Of a DNA stretch of 46,715 nt, positions 16,344 through 24,963 are shown piece by piece. Within the stretch, counting starts at the first letter, position 1, and every line of letters begins with the position of its first letter. The stretch covers positions 1 to 46,715 of the forward strand of contig DAOVAY010000001.1 in assembly GCA_030670795.1 (NCBI GenBank). The letters are read 5' to 3'. This DNA is from Methanobacteriota archaeon (GTDB lineage: Archaea > Thermoplasmatota > Thermoplasmata > SG8-5). Under the pieces are notes generated by a model. It was not told where the DNA came from and did not search any database. It saw nothing but the letters and a program-made list of their open reading frames with translations. The translations under genes were made by a program, and so were the position numbers.

Positions 16344-17153
16344 CTATTTTTTCGCCGTATGCCAGCCCCAGACTTGATACAAAGTTGAAAATCCGTTATC
16401 TCGTATGTGGTCAAGAAGCGCATCCAGCAATTTTAATCGCTCTTCATATGGGGTCTTTGGATAAAGACCGGCGGACTGTGCCGGAATGCTGTAAAAATCT
16501 TTTACCTCGTCTCTAGTCATTTCTATGGATGAATCGCCTCCACGAATATCCCCGAATCCAACCTCACCAAGGGTCTCTGGCAGCGTCCGGAGGTCCACGA
16601 TTTTCCGTCCGTAAGGTGCAAACTCCAGCCCGTCTTCGTTGGCTGACATAAATAGGTTTCCGCCGTCAATCTCACCGAACATCCCGATAAGATAGTTCAT
16701 TCCCACAATTCCGCCGGAATCCAATACTTCAAAAGCGGCGTGAAGGGTCCGGTCGAGGTCAGGTATCAGGAAGATACTGGCGTTGTATAATATAACATCA
16801 ACTTTGAAATTTATATGCTCTTCAAGTTTTTCCGCATCACACAAGACGAATTCAGTGTTGGGCACATCACTTGATTTATCCTCCGCCACGCCCAACATCA
16901 TCTCTGAAAAATCTATACCAATGACTTTTCCTTCCTTTCCGACAAGCTTTGCCAAAGCCAAGGTGGAGGCTCCGGTACCGCACCCTATATCGCACACACA
17001 CATCCCTTTTCGGATGCCGCAGACTGTTGCCAGCTCATAGGTGAGATTGTCGAAAAAACCGTATTTTTTTTCGAAGAGTTCATATGATTCCACAGATTTG
17101 TCAAAGTTGGAGCAGATGATTTGTTTTATGAATTCAGGGTCTTTAGTAGTCAT
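16344..17153 (-). CDS. Class I SAM-dependent methyltransferase
   Basis: 269 aa. Motif I VCDIGCGTGASTLALA and an acidic post-I residue (IGIDFS). Confidence 0.85.
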   Translation of the reverse strand: MTTKDPEFIKQIICSNFDKSVESYELFEKKYGFFDNLTYELATVCGIRKGMCVCDIGCGTGASTLALAKLVGKEGKVIGIDFSEMMLGVAEDKSSDVPNTEFVLCDAEKLEEHINFKVDVILYNASIFLIPDLDRTLHAAFEVLDSGGIVGMNYLIGMFGEIDGGNLFMSANEDGLEFAPYGRKIVDLRTLPETLGEVGFGDIRGGDSSIEMTRDEVKDFYSIPAQSAGLYPKTPYEERLKLLDALLDHIRDNGFSTLYQVWGWHTAKK

Positions 17154-17186
17154 TAATTATTCTCCAACTGCTCAAAACGCTTTGGT

Positions 17187-20141
17187 CTATAGTTCCTCCA
17201 GTGCCTTCCTGCACTTCTCGGCCCTGTGCTTCGAGCCCATTTCCTCAAACATCGAGAGGGCCTTTTCAAGGTGCTCCTTGGCCTTGGCGGTTTCTCCTTT
17301 AGTTTTGAAGAGGAGGCCATACTCATAGAAAAGGCGTGCCAGTTCTTCTTTATTATCAAACTCTTTGATAATTGATTTGGCTTTCTCGAACTCTTCAATA
17401 GATTTGTCCCAATCTTTCTTTTCCCGATAGACCATCCCAAGTACACGATGGCTAATGCCCTCTTCCGTATTCGCCCCGATTTCAACTGATGTCTCAATAG
17501 CTTTTTCTGCGTTTTCGAGTGCTCTCTCAACCTCTCCTAAATCCAGATATGTTGTCGCTAGGCCACGGTAGTTATGAACAGAGAGTTTTTTCTCTCCGAT
17601 TTCCAAACAAATTACTAGGCTCTGCTGGTAGTACTTCAAGGATTTATCTGGGTGGTCTTTACCTATATACACCTCGCCGATGTTACTATAGGTGCTAGCC
17701 ATGAGTTGTTTATCGCCCATTTTTTTGCATATATCCCGGCTCTCCTCGTACATCTCTAACGCGCCATCGTAGTCCCCTCTAGCATAAGCAATGGTCCCCA
17801 TGTTGCCATAGGTTTTAGCCATGCTGCGCTTGTCACCTAGATCCATGAATATCCGTAGGCTCTTCTCATATAGCTCCAGCGTGCGATCGTAATCTCCTCT
17901 GATTTCGGCAATTATTCCCATGTTGCCATAGGTCTTAGCCAAGCCTTGCTTGTCACCCAGACCCTTGTAAATCTGGAGACTTTTCTCCCAAAGCTCTAGC
18001 GTGCCATCGTAATCTCCTCTGTCACTGGCAATTATTCCCATGTTGCCATAGGTCTTGGCCATGCTGCGCCTGTCCCCCAGTTCTTCGTATATGCGCAGAC
18101 TCTTCTCGTACAGCTCTAACGCGCCATCATAATCGCCTCTGGTTCTAGCAATTACTCCCATGCTGTTGTAGGTTTTGGCCATGCCTTGCCCGTCCTCTAG
18201 CTCCTCTTTTATCCGCAGGCTCCTCTCATACAACTCCATGGCGCTATCGTAGTCTCCTCGAAGCTCCTTCAATTTCCCATCTTGGAGTAGTACCTTCGCT
18301 TCCAAGGTCTTGTCCCCACAATCCATAGCATATCCTCTGGCCTGTCCGCTCTCCTCAATAGCTATGTCAACCTCGCCAACGAACTCGTGAATCTTCGAGA
18401 GCCCGAGTAAGGCATCTATCTTCACGCACAAATCCTCTGCGACCTCTAGCGCTCTCTCATATGCCTTTATCGCCTCGTCGGCACCGTAATCTGTCCAGGC
18501 GTGGGCACCCACATCTATCAGATACTTCGCTGCCTTTTCGTTAATGCCAGCCTTGTAATAGTGATGTGCTAGCCCGCTCACCACTTCAACTAGATTTTCT
18601 TTGTTCAGTTCCGCTATCGTGTCAGCAACTATCCTATGATATTCCCTTCTCAGCTCCTCAGAGATGCCGTTGTACAGAACCTCCCTTATCTTACCATGGT
18701 CGAACCTATATTTGTCTTTGAGGTAGTGGATAAGTTTATGGGATTTCTCGATATCGCTCAGGTTCTTGAGGAGCGTGAGCCTTCGCATCTCTGTTGTCTT
18801 TTCTAGGACATCAAGTGAGAACTCCTCGCCCACCACGCTCGCGCACTCAAGTATCTCCCTCTGCTCTTTCCTTAATCTGTCTAAGCGTCTCTTAACAACA
18901 TCATAGACCTTCGTCGGTACATCCAATTTATCAATGTCTGTGACCAATCTCCAGATGCCGTCCTCCCTTCGTGCTATAGCTCCATCCTCGACAAGTAGTT
19001 TTAATATCTCTAGTAGGAAGAAAGGAGTGCCTTCTGTCTCCCTGTAAACCTTGTCCAAGAACCCTTTCTCAAAAGATACTTTCCCAAGGGTGGACTCCAT
19101 GACCTTCTCAGTATCGACCTGGCCTAAGCGTTCCAGAATCATTTTCTCTAACAAGTCCTCCCTGTTCATGTTCTGCATGGCGGTTTCAAGCTGGTGAATC
19201 TTTCCATCCTGGGATTCCATTATGTCCTCTGGTCTATATGTTCCGAGTATCAATGTCTTGTTTTCCTTTGTATTCCGTGCAAGGTAATGAAGCAATGCCA
19301 AAGAGCTGGAATCTGCCCACTGCAAGTCATCTAGGAACAGAAGGTTTGGTTTATCGCTAGATAGCCTTTGGAGCCCAAGAAGCACACTGTCGAATAGATT
19401 TTCTTGGTGAATCTTAGGGTCATCAATGAGGAACCTACCATCGTATTTACCGCTTGTCACTAACTTTGACACTATGTTCTCAACACCCTCAACTTCGTCC
19501 AGGTCTCCATCCCAGTCAGTCAGAAGATTGCCATACTCTTCTTGAACCTCTATCAGTTTTTCCTTCATGTCGTTGACCAGAAACTCATTCAAGCTACCCT
19601 TGGTTACAGTGATCAGGTGCAAACCCTCGCATTCTTCGACCAATATTTTATACTCCTTATATCCCAGTATGTTCAGGCCACCAGTTCGATCGATCTGGTC
19701 GATCATCTGCATTGAATCTTGGACAAAAGTGCCTACGGCCTTCAGCATCGAGGCGAATATCTGCGGGTCAAGCTCTAATTCTTCTCTCTCCGACCTTGTA
19801 ATTAGTAAACCAGCATCGTTCATCAGGTAGGTGGAGACAACTAGCGGTGGCGGGTCCCCCGATATCAGATGGAGTAGGCCAGCTTCCCTGAGAGCTGATT
19901 TAATTGGCATCAGCGGTTCCAGACTTTCAGCCAGGCACCAGCCTTGAATTATCTGAACGCCCTTTGATTCTGCAATCTCAATAAGTTCGGATACCAGGCG
20001 GGTTTTGCCTATACCTGCCTCTCCCGAAATGAAGATGGTGGAGCCTTTACTGGAAATGGCATTGTCTAGAGATTGTTTAAGTTTAGATAATTCCACATCC
20101 CTTCCAACAAGGTCTGGGGTTTTGATGGCTAGCTCTTCCAT
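17187..20141 (-). CDS. AAA_16/STAND-like ATPase with a ~170-aa domain inserted between Walker A and Walker B, followed by a long TPR array
   Basis: LVGRDVEL...GEAGIGKTRL (Walker A), then the insert, then LLFLDDLQWAD (Walker B), then about 10 or more TPR units. I prefer ATG 20141 (MEELAIKTPDLVGRD). The ORF track uses a GTG at 20204. Confidence 0.8.
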   Translation of the reverse strand: MEELAIKTPDLVGRDVELSKLKQSLDNAISSKGSTIFISGEAGIGKTRLVSELIEIAESKGVQIIQGWCLAESLEPLMPIKSALREAGLLHLISGDPPPLVVSTYLMNDAGLLITRSEREELELDPQIFASMLKAVGTFVQDSMQMIDQIDRTGGLNILGYKEYKILVEECEGLHLITVTKGSLNEFLVNDMKEKLIEVQEEYGNLLTDWDGDLDEVEGVENIVSKLVTSGKYDGRFLIDDPKIHQENLFDSVLLGLQRLSSDKPNLLFLDDLQWADSSSLALLHYLARNTKENKTLILGTYRPEDIMESQDGKIHQLETAMQNMNREDLLEKMILERLGQVDTEKVMESTLGKVSFEKGFLDKVYRETEGTPFFLLEILKLLVEDGAIARREDGIWRLVTDIDKLDVPTKVYDVVKRRLDRLRKEQREILECASVVGEEFSLDVLEKTTEMRRLTLLKNLSDIEKSHKLIHYLKDKYRFDHGKIREVLYNGISEELRREYHRIVADTIAELNKENLVEVVSGLAHHYYKAGINEKAAKYLIDVGAHAWTDYGADEAIKAYERALEVAEDLCVKIDALLGLSKIHEFVGEVDIAIEESGQARGYAMDCGDKTLEAKVLLQDGKLKELRGDYDSAMELYERSLRIKEELEDGQGMAKTYNSMGVIARTRGDYDGALELYEKSLRIYEELGDRRSMAKTYGNMGIIASDRGDYDGTLELWEKSLQIYKGLGDKQGLAKTYGNMGIIAEIRGDYDRTLELYEKSLRIFMDLGDKRSMAKTYGNMGTIAYARGDYDGALEMYEESRDICKKMGDKQLMASTYSNIGEVYIGKDHPDKSLKYYQQSLVICLEIGEKKLSVHNYRGLATTYLDLGEVERALENAEKAIETSVEIGANTEEGISHRVLGMVYREKKDWDKSIEEFEKAKSIIKEFDNKEELARLFYEYGLLFKTKGETAKAKEHLEKALSMFEEMGSKHRAEKCRKALEEL
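17700..18290 (-). repeat. Tandem ~120-bp coding repeats (about 5 units) encoding near-identical 40-aa TPR pairs
   Basis: The 120-nt period is visible directly. For example, attattcccatgttgccataggtcttagcc (17911-17940) is matched at 18031-18060 with one mismatch (A/G at 17936/18056). The protein repeat is AKTYGNMGIIA..RGDYDG.LELYEKSLRI...LGD. Confidence 0.8.
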
Positions 20142-20209
20142 TAACAAAAGCAATGCGATTGAGATAGAAAAGGTTTTGGAGCGAAGAATAAAACCCCACT
20201 CCACTCGAT

Positions 20210-21451
20210 TTATCTATCTGTTTGAGGAGAGACAGTATCAGGCGCGATTACTAGGTTATCATCCAACAGCCTGTCTTCGAATTCACTCACATCTTCGCCC
20301 CTTTTCATCAGTGTATAAATGATGCCGGTATTTCGAATGCTACCGATAAACTGGAGTCCCAATATTTTGTTGTCTTTCAAAAGGAGCTTTTTGTGGTAGT
20401 GTGGGGTGGGACGCGATATTGTCTTGCACTTGCCGATGACTTGTGAAGTGGAGCCTACAGCCACTACCGGCGTTTCGAAAATATCCAGCACATTCACCAC
20501 CTCCGCACCCGCATATGTCGCGGGCGCCCCGGCCATGTTCAGGCCTGCAATTCTGCCCTGCTCTATTGCGTTCGGCCAGATGGCAAAGGAGCCCTGTTGC
20601 CCCATGATTTGCTCACGGACTTCCACAATGTCGCCGGCGGCGTAGATGTCTTTCTTGTTCGTCTGCATTGTCGAATCAACTATTATCCCCTTGTTGATTT
20701 CAATGCCAGCGTCTTGTACGATGCCGGTGTTCGGCACAACACCTATCGCAATCACGACCATGTCACATCTTAGTTTCTTCTTTCCGAGAGATACGCTTTC
20801 CACGGTTTTATTGCCGTTAATACTCTTTACGGCATCGTTCAGCACGAGTTTTATGCCGTGTCCTTTGAGGATATTTGCAACCTTTCGGGACATGTCTGGG
20901 TCCAGCATTCTTGACAGGATATCAGGAAGTAACTCCACGATGGTAACCTCAATTCCTCTTTTCCTCAACATCACTGCTGTTTCGATGCCCATGAATCCCC
21001 CGCCCACGACCACGACCTTGTTGACACCCAGTTCCACATGCGCCAATATGTCGAGAGCAGAATCCAGCGTGCCCATAACGTGCACACCCTTTAATTCCAA
21101 CCCAGCTATTTCTTTCGGAATGAGGGGGCTCGCACCGGCTGCGATGAGTAACTTGTCAAATTTGATGTTATCCCCTTTCGCAAGCTTGATTTCCTTTTTG
21201 CGCGGTAATATCCGGATGGCCTCAGTGTTCTTCATGAACTTTGCATTAAGGCGATGATAGAACTTCTTGTCGAAACGAAGTATCGTCTGTTCGTCTGCTT
21301 CGCCGGAGAGCATGTTGGGAAGAGAGCATGGCGAGTATGCTGGGTATTTCTCACGCGAGATTATGGTGATGTCGGATGTTTCGTCAATCTTCCGTATGGC
21401 CTGAAGTGCACTCACCCCGGCACCACCGTTCCCGATTATTACGTAATGCAA
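20210..21451 (-). CDS. FAD/NAD(P)-dependent pyridine-nucleotide-disulfide-family oxidoreductase (NADH oxidase / CoA-disulfide-reductase-like)
   Basis: MHYVIIGNGGAGVSA (FAD GxGxxG), single Cys in YSPCSLP, second Rossmann motif VVVVGGGFMGIE, and AAGD. Confidence 0.85.
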   Translation of the reverse strand: MHYVIIGNGGAGVSALQAIRKIDETSDITIISREKYPAYSPCSLPNMLSGEADEQTILRFDKKFYHRLNAKFMKNTEAIRILPRKKEIKLAKGDNIKFDKLLIAAGASPLIPKEIAGLELKGVHVMGTLDSALDILAHVELGVNKVVVVGGGFMGIETAVMLRKRGIEVTIVELLPDILSRMLDPDMSRKVANILKGHGIKLVLNDAVKSINGNKTVESVSLGKKKLRCDMVVIAIGVVPNTGIVQDAGIEINKGIIVDSTMQTNKKDIYAAGDIVEVREQIMGQQGSFAIWPNAIEQGRIAGLNMAGAPATYAGAEVVNVLDIFETPVVAVGSTSQVIGKCKTISRPTPHYHKKLLLKDNKILGLQFIGSIRNTGIIYTLMKRGEDVSEFEDRLLDDNLVIAPDTVSPQTDR

Positions 21452-21462
21452 TGGGATTCCAC

Positions 21463-22416
21463 CTATTTTTTATACTCTGGCAGCTCGACCCCCCTAATCA
21501 GGGAGACGATAGTTGAATTGTATGGTGTTGGTATTCCATGAATCTTGCCGTACTCTACTATCTTGCCGTTGAGAAATCCAATCTCTGTTTGGCTCCCCCG
21601 TTCCACATCCACATGCATGGAGGTCTTGTGATGTCCTGCGTTGTCCAGATAATCCATGCAATGTTCCAGAAATCCAGAGTCATAATGAATGCCAACCGCC
21701 TTGGCAACCCCAATTCCCTCACGCAATAAAGCCTCTACAAGTTCCCTGGTCTCTCCAAATTCCATCATCTGTTTCATTGTTCTTCGTGTGAGAGCACAGA
21801 CAGGACTCAGGGCAGCGTTGAGTATGACCTTCTCCCATTCGTATTTCTTGATTTCCGGGGTGAAAGCAGTCTCCAGGCCCGCTTTAGTGATGACCTCTGC
21901 CAGGTCTTTGGCCTTTTCTTCTGCCATTGGATCAATCATGCCGATGTAATTCGGAGCATTGAAGAATGACATACCGATCTTTCCATTGTCCATGAGGTTT
22001 CCGGCATAGTTGACGACAATCCTCAGTACATTCTCCTTTCCAAAGACGCCCGCAATGACCTCCTCGGTGTCCATGCCGTTCTGGAGGCTGATAAAGGTTG
22101 TGTCAGGTTTCACAACCTTGGCAATCTCCGGTATGACCCTCTCCAAAAGGGATGCTTTGACAGAAACGAATATCGTGTTCACATCTTTATTCTGCAATTC
22201 GTCGATGGAATAGCAGATGTTCTCCTGAGGAAATCTCACGTTCAACTCTCTAAAGCCAGTTAGTGTGAGACCACTCCTTTTTATCTCATCCAAGTGATCT
22301 TCAAGTATATCCACAAGGACAACTTCGTGCCCTGCGTTCGCAAGGTGGGATGCCATGATACCACCCACAGGTCCTACACCAACAACTCCAAATTTATGAT
22401 CATCCACCATATTCAA
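21463..22416 (-). CDS. PanE/ApbA-family 2-dehydropantoate / D-2-hydroxyacid reductase
   Basis: 317 aa. FGVVGVGPVGG N-terminal Rossmann motif and a ketopantoate-reductase-type C-terminal domain (...SMHVDVERGSQTEIGFLNG). Its start overlaps the upstream gene's stop. Confidence 0.8.
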   Translation of the reverse strand: MNMVDDHKFGVVGVGPVGGIMASHLANAGHEVVLVDILEDHLDEIKRSGLTLTGFRELNVRFPQENICYSIDELQNKDVNTIFVSVKASLLERVIPEIAKVVKPDTTFISLQNGMDTEEVIAGVFGKENVLRIVVNYAGNLMDNGKIGMSFFNAPNYIGMIDPMAEEKAKDLAEVITKAGLETAFTPEIKKYEWEKVILNAALSPVCALTRRTMKQMMEFGETRELVEALLREGIGVAKAVGIHYDSGFLEHCMDYLDNAGHHKTSMHVDVERGSQTEIGFLNGKIVEYGKIHGIPTPYNSTIVSLIRGVELPEYKK

Positions 22417-23657
22417 TCCACCTCTAACTGTTCTATGAATGCTTCGAAATTCGTCTTTGTTTGTTCGTCAGAAAGACATCTCAGGTCGTTCAAATCTCCG
22501 TTAATGACGAGAGCGGGTATGCCAGTCTCTTCTTCAAGCCGTTGTGGCATGCCGTAGCGATTGTTGGAGTTGTTCGGACAGGTTTTTGCATCGTGATATA
22601 TGACACCGTCAATTTTGAAGAAATCAATCATCTCTTTCAAATATTTCTCCTTTGCCTCATCCGAGCGGACGATGAACAATTCGGTATATGCTTTTGCCAT
22701 GCTTTTGAACGGGTCAGAAGCATCAAAATCGGAGAATATCCAGCTGTTGCAATACGTGGATGCGACAATGCACGCCTTCCTGCCCGCAAAGAATTCGGAA
22801 TGGTCCCGCAATCTGCCCCAGACAGGCATGCCTTCCCAAAAAAATCTGAACTGTTCGCCATCTACCGCGCCTTCCTGTTCTCGAATTTTTTCTTCCAATT
22901 CTGAGAGTAATAATTTATAGTAATCCACCGCCTGCTGCGTCCCCCTCAATACCACTGCCGGTCCCATGTGAATTGTACTGTCAAAGAAAGTAAGCGGGGA
23001 AGGTGCAGCTACCGCCGTGTCCAACACATTCTTCCAGAGGTCAGAGCACTCCCGCGACATAGACAACACTCTTTTTAACTCGTTCATGTCAAACTTGTTG
23101 CCGGATATTTTCTCCAAAGGCTCGATCATCTCTTCCATCTGGTGCGCTATGGATTGAACATAGGTGTCTGTAACGTCATTGATCCCTCTGTGTGTGTGAA
23201 TCCCGACCATCGGAGCGTCGAACTCCGATGCAAACCACCCGAACCAGTCCTGTACATCCCTGCACTGGTTGGTGTTGAAAACCAATACATCCGGTTTGGG
23301 CACATTCTTTATTTCAGGATAAGCCCTGGACAATGGCGTGACCTTCTTCAAATACGCACCGATGTCTGCCGTGAGGTATGAACAAATGTCAGGTGAATAC
23401 CCTATAGCATTGGCATAAGGTATCAAGTCCGTGGCCATCCTCGTGACACCCAGCATGGCAGAATGATTTTCAGGAAAATAAACTGAAAAACCCATGCTCC
23501 TCAAAATTTCGGCAGGCCCCACACTAGAACACCACGCGACCTTTTTTTCACTGCTTTTTGCGGCATGGTCCAGCTGATAATAATACTCAGCCATGATCTG
23601 CTTCATTTCTTTAGTTGATTTGATTTCCTTTCGAGCCGACTTTATCTCCCCAGCCAT
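22413..23657 (-). CDS. Stand-alone 2-hydroxyacyl-CoA dehydratase / BcrC-HgdB-family protein (double-cubane-cluster-protein-like arrangement)
   Basis: 414 aa with family-typical sequence KKVAWCSSVGPAEILRSMGFSVYFPENH and conserved Cys residues. No second B/C-type subunit gene is adjacent. Confidence 0.8.
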   Translation of the reverse strand: MAGEIKSARKEIKSTKEMKQIMAEYYYQLDHAAKSSEKKVAWCSSVGPAEILRSMGFSVYFPENHSAMLGVTRMATDLIPYANAIGYSPDICSYLTADIGAYLKKVTPLSRAYPEIKNVPKPDVLVFNTNQCRDVQDWFGWFASEFDAPMVGIHTHRGINDVTDTYVQSIAHQMEEMIEPLEKISGNKFDMNELKRVLSMSRECSDLWKNVLDTAVAAPSPLTFFDSTIHMGPAVVLRGTQQAVDYYKLLLSELEEKIREQEGAVDGEQFRFFWEGMPVWGRLRDHSEFFAGRKACIVASTYCNSWIFSDFDASDPFKSMAKAYTELFIVRSDEAKEKYLKEMIDFFKIDGVIYHDAKTCPNNSNNRYGMPQRLEEETGIPALVINGDLNDLRCLSDEQTKTNFEAFIEQLEVD

Positions 23658-23791
23658 CTTATCTCCTTCAATTATTTGAGTACAGTGGAATAAATCATAA
23701 GTTGCATCTTATTGTTCATATCCACAAATATAGCAACCAGGAATTATCATGGAACCTATTAATCATTTTGGTGTTTTGATATTATTGTCAA

Positions 23792-24015
23792 AGGTCAAGA
23801 ACACTCAGGTCTTTAGGCCTGAGATGAATTGACCTGAATATCATTAAAAGGAGGAGACCGCCGTATGCGCATCAATACCTATTGAAGGAACTCGAAGTCA
23901 TCAACTTCGAGAAATCGCGCATATGGCCGCTTAAAAGTGAACTTCCAGGCCAGGATAGAAACGCCAGGTTGTTAAGACGAGCTGTGGCTCGTCTGTTTAT
24001 GGCCAGGTAGTTTAC
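23792..24015 (+). ncRNA. Candidate structured RNA / repeat element, copy 2
   Basis: Helices: H1 23792-23798/23829-23835, H2 23804-23811/23816-23823, H3 23860-23870/23917-23927, H4 23891-23898/23904-23911, H5 23937-23951/24001-24015, H6 23976-23982/23987-23993. Confidence 0.55.
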
Positions 24016-24103
24016 GCCACCCATACTAATGATTAAATATTGACAGGCACTTTACCTCAGATAGTGGGCCATACCCAGTTATAATCCCTCTAAAGGTGAA
24101 GTT

Positions 24104-24895
24104 ATGAAAAGTGAGGAATATTTCGCAGGCATCGATGTCGGGACATCGTACGTGAAAACCGCGATCATAGACGATAAAAACGATATCATAGGCTCCTTCA
24201 TAGAACGTACTGGTGCAGATATAAAGTCATCAATTAATGTCGCCTTTGAAGGGGCCATTGCTGAGGCCGGAATACCCAGATCAATGATAAGGAATGTTAC
24301 TGCAACAGGATTTGGAAAGAGCCAGGCACCTGTTGCCGACACGGTAAAAACAGAGATAAGCTGCCATGCCAAAGGTGCTTTTCATCATTTTCCAGGAAAA
24401 ATCACGATCATCGATATCGGAGGCCAGGACACAAAAATCATAAAAGTCGACGAACATGGGAAAAGATTGGGTTTCAAGATGAACAGAAAGTGTGCCGCAG
24501 GGACAGGAGCGTTCCTGGAAGAGATCGCAGCCAGACTTAATTTATCAATGGACGAGATGAACACTCTTGCAGTCAAGTCTGACAAAGAAGCCGCTTTGGG
24601 GAGTTTCTGTACAGTTTTTGCAATCACAGAGGTGATCACACGCGTTAAAGCGGGAGAGAAAGTGGAAAACATGGTCAGGGGCGCATTTGAATCGGTTGCC
24701 AGAAGGGTTATCGAGATGGATGTGCTGGATGGCCAAGTGGTTATGACTGGCGGCGTGGTGGCACACAACGACATAATTGCCGACATTCTGGGTGCACTTA
24801 TTGAAAACAAGATCTCGATTCCACCACAACCCCAACTGACTGGCGCTTTCGGAGCCGCGCTGTTTGCGAGAGAAGGTCAAGAACCAGAAAAATAG
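24104..24895 (+). CDS. HgdC/BcrAD-family ATPase (dehydratase activase / reductase component)
   Basis: 263 aa. Motifs GIDVGTSYVKTAII, DIGGQDTKII, NRKCAAGTGAFLE. This is the third paralog of the family in the window. Confidence 0.9.
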   Translation: MKSEEYFAGIDVGTSYVKTAIIDDKNDIIGSFIERTGADIKSSINVAFEGAIAEAGIPRSMIRNVTATGFGKSQAPVADTVKTEISCHAKGAFHHFPGKITIIDIGGQDTKIIKVDEHGKRLGFKMNRKCAAGTGAFLEEIAARLNLSMDEMNTLAVKSDKEAALGSFCTVFAITEVITRVKAGEKVENMVRGAFESVARRVIEMDVLDGQVVMTGGVVAHNDIIADILGALIENKISIPPQPQLTGAFGAALFAREGQEPEK

Positions 24896-24963
24896 CGGTT
24901 TTTTTATATTTGGTCTTGCATTACAGGGGACAACGGAGGACAGCCGCATAAGGGATTGTTTGC

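Noticed and set aside
20142-20204. A 21-aa hydrophobic N-terminal extension (GTG start) of the AAA-TPR protein that could be a membrane anchor.
   Set aside because: AAA_16-type proteins normally begin close to the LVGR[DE]xEL motif, and ATG 20141 gives exactly that. The call is not decisive, and N-terminal proteomics would settle it.
23816-23840. CUGAGAUGA ... CUGA in copy 2 looked like box C/D or a hammerhead core.
   Set aside because: The motifs are not conserved in copies 1 and 3 (gggatgga and gggataatg). No C'/D' or GAAA/UH elements are in the right places.
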